Positions 23,882 through 36,186 of a DNA stretch of 64,000 nucleotides are shown piece by piece; position 1 is the stretch's first letter, and the number at the start of each line of letters is the position of its first letter. The stretch spans positions 17,174,001-17,238,000 of the forward strand of contig JBITNC010000001.1 in NCBI GenBank assembly GCA_050084985.1, given 5' to 3'. Source of the DNA: Nageia nagi. Lineage: Eukaryota; Plantae; Pinophyta. A program made the position numbers and the translations under genes. The notes under the pieces are model-generated. The model worked only from the letters and a program-made list of their open reading frames with translations. It ran no database searches and was not told where the DNA came from.

Positions 23882-24439
23882 CTTGGACAGGCATTATTTT
23901 CTCCAAATCACATTCCTGATCTCTCTGATCTTTAGAAGGATTGAAGACTGAAGAAGCTCCAAGAATAACACAGCTCTCCAGAGAACTCCCAAACTCAGCC
24001 TTCCATTTCAATAGCACACCATCTTCCATGCACAGTTCACCACCAGGAAGTTCAATCCTCAAATTCTGAACCTCCTTGAAACTCCTCAAGACTTCACCAG
24101 GAGAATGGTGGGAAACCTCAGCAACCATGGATTTCTTGGAACCAAAAAAGCTTTGCAATGTATGTAATGGCCTTAAAATACCACCTACCATAACTCTCAT
24201 AAGGTTGCTCCAAATCCCCCTGCTCCTCGTAGTGTTGCCAACGCTAGTCTCTTCTTCACTGGATATGACACAGTCCACCTTCACTACTACATTTTGTACT
24301 TGTAGGCCTATGCTGTAGAACCTCTTTGATACTGCGCAGCACCGGCCTAAGCCCTTGATGTCACCAAATTTGTTGAATATTAGAAGCACAACTGAATCAG
24401 GGATCCTATCAAAATGATCCGTAGATGGATTGTACCCAT
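23882..24439 (-). CDS. F-box protein (At5g46170/At1g30200 family), first coding exon (1-nt frameshift near 24424 as written)
   Basis: DHFDRIPDSVVLLIFNKFGDIKGLGRCCAVSKRF (F-box), VVVKVDCVIS, HHSPGEVL, LRIELPGGEL, LLKWKAEFGSSLESCVILGA; donor CAAG|GTAAGG at 23881-23880. The ATG at 24439 is 1 nt out of frame. Confidence 0.88.
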
Positions 24440-24457
24440 GTTTGGATCAATATAGCC

Positions 24458-25484
24458 CTAGTCAGAAGTGAATCTTCAATAACTCTTGAATGTCAATGAT
24501 TCCCGTCATCAAATTCCCCTCAAAATCTCATTTTAATCCCAATCTTGAACATTTTTCAAATAAAAACATGTTCAGACCTCGTCGAACCATACCCAAATCA
24601 TCCTGGCTCAAAAAGCTGCTAACTTCAACTAAATTCCAATATTTCTTCAACACAACACATGAGCCCAACCCGACCTTGTTTAGGTCGAAATTATCTGTGA
24701 CAAACTCATTCAAAACCCACTCTTCAACACGTTTTTCAATCCCAAACATGTATTAACCTTGCTGAACCGAACCTAAATCATCACGTTTAACAAAAATCCT
24801 ACCTTTGGCCCATTCCAACATTACATAAAACCCATATCACATCTACAACATCAGAACAGAACCCAGGCTTATGAAATCTTCCTCTAAAACTCATTAAAAA
24901 CCCAATCTTCCCCATTTCCTCAATTCCAAGAATGTCCAGACCTCATTGAACCACATCCAGATACGAAAAATCTGAACTTTGGCCCATTACAACATTTTCC
25001 AACCCCATAACAAGCATTCAAGCCAAACCAACCTAAAAGAGCCTGCAAAAAACCACCAAAGGCATTCAAATCCCAAAACACTTGCTCAAGAAAAGAATCA
25101 CCACAACCTCATTCAAGGCCAAAACTGCAACAGTTCTTCAGTTCCAAACATTTATAGACCAACACAAAACCACACAAACATTTCTCCAACCCCATATCAA
25201 ATATCTACTCCAACCCAACTCGAAAAAACCTACCACAAAATCATTTAAATACAACCATGAAAAAATCAATCCAGACCAAACTCTAAAAAAATAAACCCCT
25301 TCAAATTCGTTATACTTCAACTTTCTTGGAAGAGTATATTCCAACATTCGTGGAAAAATACGCTCATTGGAACACATACCTCGATTGTTCTGCCTCATTC
25401 CCTCATTGATACATTCCAAGAACATTTTTTTCCACATTCTATGAATATTCCACATCAAATGTTCTCCACCACACATTTACCCAC
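24458..25484 (-). other. Putative 5' UTR intron of the F-box gene
   Basis: T/G-rich minus strand; donor AAG|GTGGGT at 25484; acceptor ctgactAG at 24459-24458, 18 nt before the ATG. Confidence 0.35.
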
Positions 25485-25613
25485 CTTATACTCCTAGTGC
25501 AAATCTCTATCATTTCTTCAACACCCTGATTTTTTTTTTCTTCTTATCACAGCGTCTTAGTCCACACCCAACACCACCATCACAGCACAAGACAAGTTTT
25601 CTCCACGATTTCG

Positions 25614-25672
25614 GCGCCAATACAGGCTCAAATTACTGTTTTGGCATAGTTCTAGGCCTTTTTTGCGCCAAA
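25614..25672 (-). promoter_or_regulatory. Two E2F-consensus-like sites upstream of the F-box gene
   Basis: ATTGGCGC (25621-25614) and TTTGGCGC (25672-25665) match WTTSSCSS in otherwise CpG-poor DNA. Confidence 0.3.
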
Positions 25673-28600
25673 ATATCTGACTTTGGGTTCTCCAGTTACA
25701 AATTTCAATGGAGATTTATTGCACCAGAGTTACAATGCTGTGAATCTGCTCCATAAGAATGCATTTATTAGATTATGGGGCCACACCCATGACTTCTGAG
25801 CTTCACATTTCGGCGCTCCCAAGGCAAATACCCATAGTATGGCTAAAAAGAAAATTGAAGTAAAAATAAATTAACTACTTTTATGCAATGCCAGTTGCAC
25901 CCATGTCAGCCATGTTAAGCCAAGGAAAGGGATTAAGCAATGTGGTGAAGATCATAATAATTTACACTTTCTGTTTTTAGTGATTATCACATTAGTGATT
26001 GGATGGCACCAATTATGAGAGTACTTTAGATATCCAATTAAACTATGTCAAAAGTACTTTATGATGAACACTATCTTATGATATCCAATTGTAGAAAAAT
26101 ATGATAAATATCATAATCAAGAGTACATCACGCTAAGTTAATACATAAGATGAAGTAGTTCAAGAAAAGTATAAAACTTTCTTGTTTTAGATAACATTTG
26201 CTTAAAATAAAATAAACTTTGAAATGATTTGTTATTAAAGATTTGAGTTTTGTTTTTTAAATTTTGATTTGATTCAAAAATAATATTATAGCATTTATTA
26301 TATCTTTAAAGAAGATAATATTATTTTTCTAAGATATTTTATTTAAAAAATAAGGTCACTCTTCTAAGATTAGGAAAGAATACAAATAAAAAAAGTCGAA
26401 TTAGTGTTTAAGTGATTGTTTTTAAATATGTTATAAAATCTTAAATTATTTTGATAAGTGATAATAAGATCATTATAACAGCAATATTTTTATATATATG
26501 TAGCTAAATTCAAGTATTTAACATGTATTAAATATAAAATATTAAGGAGATCATTTGTAGAGCATGGGTAACCCTCTATAAACTCTAATTATAACGATGA
26601 CTTATTGTTTGAACGCTCGACAAGAAGGGATTGTCAAGGGATGGAAAGATGCTATTATGGGGGTGTTGTTAAAGATAGACTTGGAGGATGTGACTTTTGA
26701 TTTGTTGAGAAAGACTAAGAGGTTTACGAAGTTATTGAGAGGACAAAGTTGCATTCTCTAGAGGTATTTATGGATGATGAAGATCAATTTGCTATTAATG
26801 TAATGATGTTTCTTTGGTAGGTCATATTGAAAAGCAAAGCAAAAAGTTGTACTTGGGACTTGATGAGGCTTTAAGGGTGCTTTTTGGATGATCCTTGATA
26901 TCCTAGCGAGGCAACATTGGGCCTATATCTTTTCTATTCTACAATCAAAAGTATGCATGTTGTGAGCACTAGAAAGAAGGATCGAGTGACCATAGTCATG
27001 AGCTTCTGTTGAGGTGTTACAAGGATTCATATCTTATAGATATATGAAGAGGTTTTGAGGTCTCAAGGGGTGGATGATGAAGCGAGGTTCATAGTTGGGA
27101 AAGGAGACAAAGGAATCCTCAAATAGGGTTTGGAGGAGGAATGATGGTCAATGTTTTTATTTTTTTTAAGGGTAGTAGAACCTATTCAAAACCCATATAG
27201 GTAAGGCCATGTCTATGTTTAGGCAAGAGGTATGATGCAACACCTTTCTCTCTTTATTCTCTTGATGAAGATCTTAGTTAGAGGAGGAGCCTACTTTAAT
27301 TGGTTTGATCTTTAGAGGAGGAAGGGACCTTCGTAGAACTATTTTTCAGAGGCTATGATGTTTTGCTACTATTTGCTTTTATTTTTCGATCTAATTTTTT
27401 AAATTTTTTTTGCTATTAGCTTCTTTTGGGTGGGGTTGAGGTTTCTAAAGCCTATTTTTTTTATGATTTTAGCCTTGATCCTTGCACTAGGATGTGGCAA
27501 ATCTTCGGAGGTAGGGAGATGATCTCTAAGAGGTGGCAAATTTTAAAGAGGCTCTTTTCATATTCAAATAATATTCTTGTTAAAGGGACTAATAATATTG
27601 ATTTATTTTTAGTAATGTTTTAACGTAGATGTATTTTATGTTTGGGATTAGGAGATTTGTATATCATATTTAAAATCCTAATGGGAATTTGTATTGATCC
27701 AATTTCAAGCTTATTGAATATCTACCGAACCAGTGTAAAAGGTTATGAATCTTTTCAAAATCTTTGTTTCTACTTCTAACAGTAAAAAAATATGTATTAA
27801 ATGTTAGAATTTGTAATGTAATATTGAGTAAATATTTCTCCTTAATGTAAATTCACTTAATACTTAAAGTATCATTAGATACCTTAAAGTATTAAGGGAA
27901 TAAAAATAGGAGAAAGATTAAAAATAGGTAAAAGATTAAAAAATAGAAAATGGATTAATTATAGAGTAGGTTTCTTCTTATATAAAGAGAAGAACCATCC
28001 CCTTCTTTAGTTACACAATTGTAATGCAAGCTTTGCTATAGGTTTAAAGTATAAGAGAGAGAAGAGATTTTGTAAAAGAAGTCCTTGAGAATAAGAAGAT
28101 CTTAGTTAGTGGACGTACTCCTAAGGAGAGAGGAACCACTTTATGTCTTGTGTTATTTGTGTGATTGGCTTTAGTTATTATGCTATTGTGTTGATGTTTA
28201 GAGAGTCTTCTTGAGATCTTAGGAGATAAAAAGTTAATTTAGAAAGGGTTAATTTCTTGAAGTGGTATTAAAGCTATTCTTGGAGGCTCCTCTTCAGCAT
28301 CCGTGAAGGTCCATTCCTCCTCCTTCTCCATCTACTTTGTTAAGGTAAAAGGGTTTGAAGGTATAATCACATACCTCTTCTTTGTTAACTTTTGCTTTTA
28401 TTACTAACCATTTTTTTTTAGTTACATGAGGATGAGGTTAACGATAGCAAAATTTGATTAAAGTAGATAATATACCGCTATACTAACATATTAGTTTAAT
28501 ATATGTTATTGCTATGCATTATTTTAGTTTATTAGTTGTAATTTTTTAAGTAAAATTGGCTAATGTGTAGCAATAATATGTTTTAAGTAAATTTGCTTAA

Positions 28601-28896
28601 ATTTAGTAATAATAGATTATTATAACTTAAATTTGCAAGTTTTTACTTAATGTACAAGTGGGTAAATTTTTTACAATTTTTTTCTATCTATAATGCTATT
28701 ATTGCAAATTTTTTTTACTACTATGTATGTATAAATAAAAATAAAAATAAAAATGCATCTTTTACAATTTGTACAAAAAAAAAATTGTATTTTTACAGTT
28801 TATTAAACAAACTATTTTTTTTTCATTTTTTAATAAATACATATATATAAATATTTTTTTTATTATTTTTTAACATTTTTTAAAGTCCCAACCCTT

Positions 28897-29130
28897 TAAG
28901 GGTTACGTGTGGCAAGCTTGCTAGCGCACCCCCTTGTAGGGGTTGTGTGCAATGGTAGCCAACACTCCCCTTTATGGGGGTTACGCACGATGGTAGCTGA
29001 CGCCCCCCTTGTGGGGGTTACGCGCGATGATAACCAACACTTCCCCCTTTGAGGGTTGCGCACGACAACTGACCGATGCACCCCCTTGGGGAGGTTGTGC
29101 ACGACGACTAGCTTGTGCCATCCCCTTGGT
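28897..29130. repeat. GC-rich ~39-bp tandem repeat (~6 units) in the Copia leader
   Basis: Units of the form gggttRcgcacgaYgRYagc..cacccccttgtgg flanked by A/T and TA tracts. Confidence 0.85.
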
Positions 29131-29165
29131 TTTAATTTAAAAAAAAATAAAAAAATTCAATTATA

Positions 29166-29196
<31 letters not shown>

Positions 29197-30637
29197 ATTC
29201 CTACATTTTTTTATAAAAAAATTATTATTTTTTTTAAGAGGGAATCATTCTTAGAAAAAACTGGAAAGTTTTTTTAGGGATTATTTTTTTAGTAAGAATG
29301 AATTATTGGTTTGGTCTAATTTAAAGTATTTTTTTAGCTTAATATTTATTTATTTATTTGTTATTTTTAAGTGAATTTTTTAAATGCAAGTTTAAAAAAA
29401 AAATAACAATAACAAAGCATGTCTTTAAGGTAAAAAGTGAGGATTAATTATGCATTATTTTAGAAATTTTATGCATGAATTAGTGTTAATTAATTATGCA
29501 TGGATGGAGTAATGTTGTATGCATAGATTAATGATTTATTGTCTTAATGCATGTTTATTGCACACATGTGGTTGGATAATTTTTTTTGCCTTATTTTTTA
29601 TCCTAATGCATATTGCTAAATGGATAAAAATTTTAATGCATGGTTTATTATATTGACCTTATACATGTGATTGGATAAAAGTTCAGTTAAATACTTGCTT
29701 ATGAATGCTATGTTAAATTGCAAATAAGAAATTATTTTAAGTCCATTTTTTAAGTTACAAGAGGGAGAATTCCTCATTTTTGATAATGAACCTTTGTAAA
29801 GAGATCCATCAGGGGTTGTGATAAAATCCATTCGACTCTTAGGCTCATTTGTTATTACTTAAAATTAATGAACTTTTGTAAAGAGATCCATTAGGAGTTG
29901 TAACACAATCCATTGGACTCTTTGGTTCATACTTATGGATGATGTGGGATGTAGTTTCATTTTCAAATCAATTTATTTATTTTGCACTTTTACTTTATAT
30001 GCAAAGTATGTGAACATTGAAAATTGTTTCATCCTAAAATGAACACATTTGCATGTTTTTTCTCGTAACATGACTTGTTTGGAGAGCCATGAGGTAAGGA
30101 TAAGGTGGATTGGAGCCTTTTAATCTGATGATCCAAATGGTGAAAAGTTTGTACTTCTTAATTGCCCCTAAGTTCTCTGTTGGTCTAGATTTAACTCTAT
30201 ATATGTGGAAAGGCATGTGTGTAGTGATGCCACATATCCGCTCGTCCATTTAGAGATTATCCTAATAACCTAAGAGAAAAATTGAAAATTTAATCAAGAT
30301 AATTAATTTTATCGATCTGACATACATCATAACCTTGGAAAATAGCTTGTACTTCTCTTTATGAGAGTATATCACTACCCAAGGGGAACTGGTTGAGGAT
30401 TGGTAGGTCCTAGGCTCCTTGCTATCATTCGAGTGAAGGCCTAATTTTGACAAGAAAATAAGCCTCAACTTCTCCCTCTCTTCGGTTATACTTGGTGTCG
30501 AAGATGTTGGATGCATGATTATTATTCTTGTTAACAATTAAGCATTTGATTTGTTGAATAGTTTTTAAACTTGTATTTATTTTTAAATGCAACATGTATG
30601 TTTACTTTATTTATCTTCTTTATATTATTTTATAGCA

Positions 30638-33600
30638 ATGGGAGACTCTTTTGCATCCAAGCATATCTTGGATGGTTCTAACTATGGTATTTGGGAACCA
30701 AGGATGAAGGTAGAACTTCAAGCATGAAAACTTTGGATGATTGTTAATGAAAACCAAGTTGCTCCATCTAGGGAGAAGGAACTTGAAGCTTATAATACTA
30801 AGAATGATTTGGCAACTTCTATGATCTTTCATGTAGTTTCAGATGAGATCCTCTTCATGATATCTTCAAATATCGCAAAGGAAGCTTGAGATAAACTAAA
30901 GAGTATCTACCTTGGTACTAAATTTTTTAGGAGGTTCACCATTCTTCAGAAGTTACTTCAAGCACATCAAGAGGAAAATGAAAATGTGGTTATATGTCTA
31001 AATAAGATTGTTGACCTTAGGGCTCAGCTTGTGGGTTGTGGTTGCAATTGGATCAACAATGAGTTTTTGACTTTCATCATCCTCCAAAGCCTCTTTGCTA
31101 ATTTTAGTCAGTTTGTGACTATTATTGAAACTAAGCTTGATGATGAAAAAGAAGTGTTCTTGAAAAATACATCAAGGCTTCTCTTGAAGCATGAGGAAAC
31201 ACTTAATAATAAAATGTTGATCATCACTCTTAAGAATCCATTTATGGCATTTGGTCAAATGAAGCCTCACTTCAAAAATAAGAACCATAACCAAAAGAAA
31301 GGTTATTATGCTCTTAAGAAGAATTCAAGAATGGTGGGAATAATAAGAATTCTAATAATGGTAAGTCTAAGGAAACCAACATCAAATTTGATGAAAATTG
31401 TAATTTTTGTAACCGCTACGGTCATAAGGAAGCTAATTGCTTAAAAAAAAATAAAGATCAAAGTGAAAAAGGATCTGAAAAACCAAACAAATCTAATAAT
31501 AAGAAGAATAAGAATTTTGCTTATGTTGCTACCTTTTACTCCAAGTCTCGAACTTTGGCAAATGATTGGATTATTGATTCTAGATACACTAATCACATGT
31601 GTTTTGAAAAAGATAAGTTTGAAAACTTTCATAAGTATAGAAAAGATGCAGTTTTGATAGGTGATAGTTCAGTCCTTGAAGTTCAAGGTATTGAGAGTGT
31701 GTTGATACAAAGGAAGATTCTTGAGAATGTGCTTTATGTGCCTAAACTCACTATGAATCTCCTTTCCATAATTTAGGTTGCAAAGAAGGGTTACTCCTTT
31801 AAGTTTAACTCACACTCTTGGTGCATGAAATAGGGCCTTACCACTTTGGTGAAAGGTTTAGTAGAAGATGACATTGTGGGTGAATCTCCAACAAAGATGT
31901 GCTTGCAACTAATGTTTGTTCTAAAGGTAATCTTTGACACCATCAATTAGGTCATCTAAACCATAAGAATATTCAAGTCATGAAAGATCATGAACTTATG
32001 GAAGGTTTGCCTACAATATCACCTACAATTGGTCTTTGTGAGAAGTGTATTTTAGGTAAAATGAATAAGTAAATTTTTTTAAAAGATAAGGTAACTAGAA
32101 CAATTCAACCTCTTCAGCTTGTGAATATAGATTTGATGGATCCATTTCCAACTAAATCGCTTAGGGGAGCATCTTATGTCTTGACCTTTATTAATGACTT
32201 TAGCAAGATGATATTTGGTTATATCATAGAGCACAATGATCAAACCTTTGATAGGTTCAAAGATTTTAAAACCTTGGTAGAACATCAATCTAGATTCAAA
32301 ATCAAGATGTTAAGATCTGATAATGGAGATGAGTATAATAGCAATGAATTCAATGATTTTTGTACCAAGTATGAAATCAAGAGGTAGTTTACTATCCCTT
32401 ATACTCCTCAATAGAATGGTGTTGCTGAAAGGAAGAATACAACCATTCAAGAAATGACAAGATGTATGTTGGAAGATCTTCCTAGCTTCTTATGAGGTGA
32501 AGCTGTAAATACTATAATTTACATTTTAAATACGTGTCTTATGAAAGCAATTGAAGGTAAAATTCTATATGAGGCATGGATAGGAAAAAAACCTAACATC
32601 TCTTATTTTAGGGTCTTTAGTTGTGATGCTTATGCCTTTGTTATTCTTGATAAAAGAAATAATCTTGATAAGAGATCCAAAAAGTATATCTTTGTTAGCT
32701 GTGATAATCAACATAGAGGCTACAAGCTATATCAACCTTCTTCCCATACAATATTTGTGTCAATGGATGTAAAGTTTAATGAACTACATGAAGATTCTAC
32801 TTCTTATGAGAACCTTGATGAGGGTGATGATTCCTCTATTACTCTTAACTAGTTGGATGTCAGTGTGGATTTATCATTTAAGGAACAAAACTCTAACATA
32901 AAGGATAAAAAGGAGTGTGACCATTAATAAATCTTTATTTATCAAAATTGATTGTAAAAATGAGCTCTCATCTTACAAAGAAGCTTCAAAGCATGAGTGC
33001 TGGATGAATGCAATGAATGTGGAGTATGAGGCTCTAATAAAGAATTAAACTTGGGATTTGGTTCCTTATCCTAATGAATGCAATGTGATTGAAAATAAAT
33101 GGATTTATAAAATAAAATATAATTTAATTAGAGAGATCGAGAAATATAAAGCAAGGTCAGTAGCTAAGGGTTTCATTCAAAAATATGGAGTTGATTATTA
33201 CGAAACCTTTTTTCCAATGACAAAGATGCCTATTGTTAGAGTAATCCTTACTCTTTTAGTAGCTCAAGGATGAAAATTTTTTCAACTTGATGTTAAGAGT
33301 GCTTTTCTCAATGGTGACTTAGATGTGAAAATCTACATGAATAAATCAGAAGGGTTTGTTGTTGAAGGTAAAGAATCTTTTGTGTGAAAGTTAAAGAAGT
33401 TTTTATATGGACTTAAGTAAGCACCAAGGGCTTGGTACAAAAAGATTTTAGGATACTTTGAGAACATTAGGTTTTCTAAATGTTTCTATAATTTAGATCT
33501 TTATGTGCTCAACCAAAGATAAGACTTGATCTTGATTCTTCACTATGTGGATGATTTGTTGATTACAAAAATTAATATAGTCCTCATACAAGATTGCATA

Positions 33601-34503
33601 TCCAAACTTATGGTAACTTTTGAAATGACTAATCTTGGTCTATTGTATTACTACCTTAGTATACAAGTGTACCATTACAAATATTGTACTTACCTCAATC
33701 AATTAAAGTATATCTCAAATATCTTACAAAAGTTTGGAATGGAGGAGTGCAAGCATGCGGTAATCCCAATCTCTCCTGGAATCACTTTATATCTTAGTTC
33801 CAACTCTCAGTTGGCAGATGCTACGGCTTATAGATAACTAATTGGTAGTCTTCCTTATTTGACTATCTCTAGGCCAGATATTGCATTTGTTGTGAATTTG
33901 ATGGCTTGCTTTATACAAAATCCATATGTTGAGCACTTTAATGTTGTTAAACAAAATTTGAGGTATGTTGTAGGCACTAAAGATCTTACTCTCAAGTATG
34001 ATAAGTTGCCCTCGTTTGTTCTCTCAAGATTCTCTAATTCTGACTATAAGGGAGATAGAGATGATAGAAAATCAACCTCTACTTATGTGTTTAGCATTGG
34101 TTCAGGTGCTATTTCTTAGGTATTCAAGAAGTCACTTACTACTTCTCTCTCCAACACTGAGGTTGAATATCATGCAATATCAATTGCAGCCTAGGAAGCC
34201 ATTTGGTTGAGGTATCTTCTAAAAGAAATAGGGTATGAACAAGTTCATCCATCTTAAATTTCTTTAGATAATCAATTAGCTATTGCTTTGTCAAAGAATC
34301 TTATTTTTCATCAAAGAACAAAGCATGTAGAAATCCAAGCCCACTTCATCAGAGAGAAAGTTCTAGATGGTCTTCTACACTTGCAGTATTTTCCATCAAT
34401 CCTAAACTTTATTGATTTGTTCACCAAGACCCTTCCTGAAGCTCAATTTAGTAGGCTTAAGGAGTCTATTGGGTTGGTGAAGTTGCCCTTAAAAAGGGAG
34501 TAA
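30638..34503 (+). pseudogene. Copia gag-pol polyprotein with many stops and frameshifts
   Basis: LDGSNYGIW; zinc knuckle CNFCNRYGHKEANC; protease WIIDSRYTNHM; integrase IKMLRSDNGDEY and NGVAERKN; RT YVDDLL; RNaseH RTKHVEIQAHFIREKV. Confidence 0.93.
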
Positions 34504-34760
34504 ATGTTGAATTCTTGTTGAATCCATTGTAATTTCTTCCTTCTTAATAAATTTATTGAACTTTTATTTGGTTTGTATAATTTATTTATACATTTTTTTG
34601 TTTGATAACTATAAGTATGGGTTTGGCATCTTAGTGAGGACTTATAATGTACCTCAAATCCAAGCACATTATATCAAGGAGAAAGTTTTTGATGCAATAA
34701 CTGTAGCTCTATTTATCTAACTTTATCTCTCTTGATTTATTCACTAGCCACCTTAGAAAC

Positions 34761-35249
34761 TGTTAGAATTTGTAATGAAATATTGTGAATATCTAAACTC
34801 CTTGTAAATTCAATTAATCACTTAAAGGATATTTAGATACCTTAAGGGATTAATTGAATTCTTTATTATGTAAAATTTGACCTTACCAAGTGGTTAGTTG
34901 GTAGGTTAAAGTTAGGTAATATATTTATTGTAACCCTAACCTTACCCTTGGATTAAAGGGAGGTTAGGGAGGTGCTCTCATGCTATAAATAGAGGGCCTC
35001 TCCTCTTGTAATAGAACTTAAATTTTGAGTAAGATTACTCTACTAGTTTGTGTAGGAGAGAAATGAATTGTAGTAAGAGGGTGCATAGTTTGAGAATTGA
35101 GATCTAGTTGTGGATGTACTCCCAAGGAGGGAGGAACCACTTATATTGGTGTTATCTTGTGTGAATGGTGTTATTAGCTTGTAGATGTTGAATGATTAAG
35201 TTTCTTATAGTCTTGGACCTTGAGGATTAGTGTAGATCTAATTCCATCA
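34761..35249 (+). mobile_element. Solo LTR of a related Copia family inserted in the 3' region of element A
   Basis: Termini TGTTAG...CCATCA; perfect TSD GAAAC; TATA ctataaatag at ~34983. Confidence 0.92.
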
Positions 35250-35998
35250 GAAACTTTGTTGTGCACACTTTGAAAGTTCTTTATGGTAGTGAAGTTGTCC
35301 TTAAGGGGGAGTGAAGGTTGAATTCATGTTTGTGATGACAAATTCATCCTTAGGAGGCTCTTTTTTGTTGTATAATGTTGATCTAAATGTACACCTTCAT
35401 GGTTAGTTCACTTTGTGTGAGGAACTCATGGTATATTTTATTTTGTTATTACTATGTGAGGAATCAGTATGTGTTTGTTAGCATTGTTTGGTTATCTATA
35501 CGTGAGTAACTTATATATGCACATATATTTTTTTATTATTGATCAACACATATTTATATATATAGTAGATGACTATAAGTATTAGCTTGGCATCTTCATG
35601 ATGACTTATAGTGCATCATTAATCAGTTTATAGATGGCATTACTTAGTTTATTTATCTTGTGATTGATATGAATGTTATATAATGCATCTAATTGATCTT
35701 ATTTATGAGCTACTTGTAGCTTGTAGGTTTCATCTTGAGAGTGCAGGCTACTTATTTCATGTGGTCAGGCTCATGGAGGCTCATATGTCAACTTAGTGTT
35801 GATCGACTATGCTTACAATAAAACCAATTATGGTTAATGATTGTATTGTAAACTATTTTGTTAAATGGTATTGTAATGAGTCTCAAACTAAGATCTTGCT
35901 TATTTTTCAATGATGTAAAGTTCTCATCTTCGCTTGTATCTCTTTGGAGGTGAACTCTTTCTTACTTTATCTTTCTTCTTCTCTCTACACTCTATCCC

Positions 35999-36186
35999 AA
36001 TATCACATTAAGGGGGAGTGTTAGAATTTGTAATGTAATATTATGTAAATATTTCTCCTTAATGTAAATTCACTTAATACTTTAAGTATCATTAGATACT
36101 TAAAGTATTAAGTGAATTTACATTAAGGAGAAATATTTACATAATATTACATTACAAATTCTAACACTCCCCCTTAATGTGATATT
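35999..36186. repeat. Perfect inverted repeat, 92-bp arms, 4-nt loop
   Basis: 35999-36090 is the exact reverse complement of 36095-36186; the loop is ATTA. Confidence 0.96.

Noticed and set aside
24490-25476. Several overlapping 70-112 aa ORFs
   Set aside because: Compositionally skewed probable 5' UTR intron; no recognisable domains.
26560-27790. Possible LINE 3' remnant ending in an A-run
   Set aside because: Purine-rich, coding-like texture, but I could not read a diagnostic RT or RNaseH motif.
28896-29277. ORFs with repeated RNP/TPTRG peptides
   Set aside because: Translations of the GC-rich tandem repeat and TA tracts.
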